A stretch of 8,032 nucleotides of DNA, taken from the NCBI RefSeq assembly GCF_006345805.1, contig NW_021828550.1:1-8032 (forward strand), written 5' to 3'. Positions 7,263 through 8,032 of the stretch are shown piece after piece. Position 1 is the first letter of the stretch. Each line of letters starts with the position of its first letter. The translations under genes and the position numbers were made by a program. The notes under the pieces are model-generated. The model saw only the letters and a list, made by a program, of their open reading frames with translations. It searched no databases and was not told the DNA's origin. The DNA comes from Octopus sinensis (lineage: Eukaryota).

Positions 7263-7320
7263 GGCGGTGCCCCAGCATGACCGCAGTCTAATGACTGAAA
7301 CAAGTAAGCGAATAAAAAGA
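7263..7320 (+). mobile_element. 3'-tail fragment of a family-A SINE
   Basis: ggcggtgccccagcatgaccgcagtctaatgactgaaacaagtaa matches gcggtgctccagcatggccgcagtcaaatgagtgaaacaagcaa at 3135-3178. Confidence 0.85.
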
Positions 7321-7326
7321 AACAGA

Positions 7327-7328
<2 letters not shown>

Positions 7329-7374
<46 letters not shown>

Positions 7375-7380
7375 TATATA
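7329..7380. repeat. (AC)n(AT)n compound microsatellite
   Basis: Read directly. Confidence 0.9.
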
Positions 7381-7474
7381 CACGAGCACGTGCGTACACA
7401 CATATGATTGTGTGGTTAAGAAGCGTTTCCGGATTTATGTTTTCTACAGATGATAAATATATATATATATATAT

Positions 7475-7688
7475 CGGTCTTTAAAATGTGACCTCGTGTG
7501 TACCGTTGGCGATTCTTTTTTTCCTCTGTCTTCCCTTCTCTGGATCTTTCCTTCCTATGTTTCCAACGAAGAGCTCCGCTCGAAACGTTAAACCCTCCTC
7601 TTTCCTTCTTCCTGAGCGGTCCAATAATACTATATTTGTTCCACGACCTCGCGTTGTTGTGTTTTTTGTGCTTTCTTGTTGGATTAAC
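7475..7688 (+). mobile_element. Probable Penelope-like element pseudo-LTR or retrozyme-like unit embedded in (TA)n
   Basis: A pyrimidine-rich 214-bp unit flanked by (TA)n on both sides (7457-7474 and 7689 onward), containing a type I hammerhead-like motif. Penelope-like terminal repeats are known to carry such minimal hammerheads. Confidence 0.6.
7559..7593 (+). ncRNA. Minimal type I hammerhead-ribozyme-like motif with a mutated core (likely inactive copy)
   Basis: GTTT-CCAACGA-A-GAGC-TCC-GCTC-GAAA-CGTT-AAAC. Stem I is GTTT/AAAC, stem II is GAGC/GCTC, GAAA is intact, and stem III is the palindromic AACGTT. The core reads CCAACGA instead of CUGANGA. Confidence 0.6.
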
Positions 7689-7719
<31 letters not shown>

Positions 7720-7745
7720 ATATATATATTTATATATTATTATAG

Positions 7746-7779
<34 letters not shown>
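7689..7779. repeat. Imperfect (TA)n followed by (GA)n
   Basis: Read directly. Confidence 0.9.
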
Positions 7780-7780
<1 letters not shown>

Positions 7781-7783
<3 letters not shown>

Positions 7784-7995
7784 TGAAAGCTTTAGCGACT
7801 GAAGAAGGGTTTTTTCTTTGTGTTAATTGTCCTGTATTCCTTTTTTTTGTTGTTTTTAAATATATGTCCAGTTCCTTTGGTTTGTGTCTATGTTTCGTTC
7901 TCATTGTATTCGACGTCCTTTTGGTGTCCTGACTCATATATGCGTGTATATGTACATGTAGAGGTGGTACGTACATATACGTTTATATATATGCA
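7781..7995 (+). mobile_element. Interspersed repeat homologous to 6350-6590; possible Penelope-like terminal-repeat remnant
   Basis: See the shared motifs listed for 6350-6590. It runs into TA-rich sequence at the window end. Confidence 0.5.
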
Positions 7996-8032
7996 TATGT
8001 TTTATTTTTTTTATTATATATTATATATATAT

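Noticed and set aside
7403-7425. tatgattgtgtggttaagaagc resembling a family-A SINE head
   Set aside because: The match is only about 20 bp with no continuation; plausible but too short to list as a feature.

Overview
This is AT-rich, non-coding eukaryotic DNA, densely filled with microsatellites and short mobile elements. The repeat families look like those of octopus (cephalopod) genomes; this is my recollection and was not checked by a search. No protein-coding gene is supported: the long ORFs are translations of (YATG)n, (TA)n, (CA)n or (GA)n tracts, and the rest fall largely in SINEs or other repeats or are short with no recognisable product. The window holds at least four tRNA-derived SINE families (labelled A-D here, about 14 full or partial copies), including one SINE nested in another with both target-site duplications preserved. 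It also holds a 384-bp non-autonomous Helitron with canonical A|TC...hairpin-CTAG|T ends, a TA-flanked pogo/Tigger-like MITE, a small foldback-like element with ~16-bp internal repeats, and Penelope-like terminal-repeat remnants. One of those remnants carries a minimal hammerhead-ribozyme fold with a mutated catalytic core. A 104-unit (T/C)ATG array has higher-order structure. I found no evidence of a new gene system; the hammerhead-bearing element, the foldback element and the modules shared between SINE families are the most worthwhile leads.
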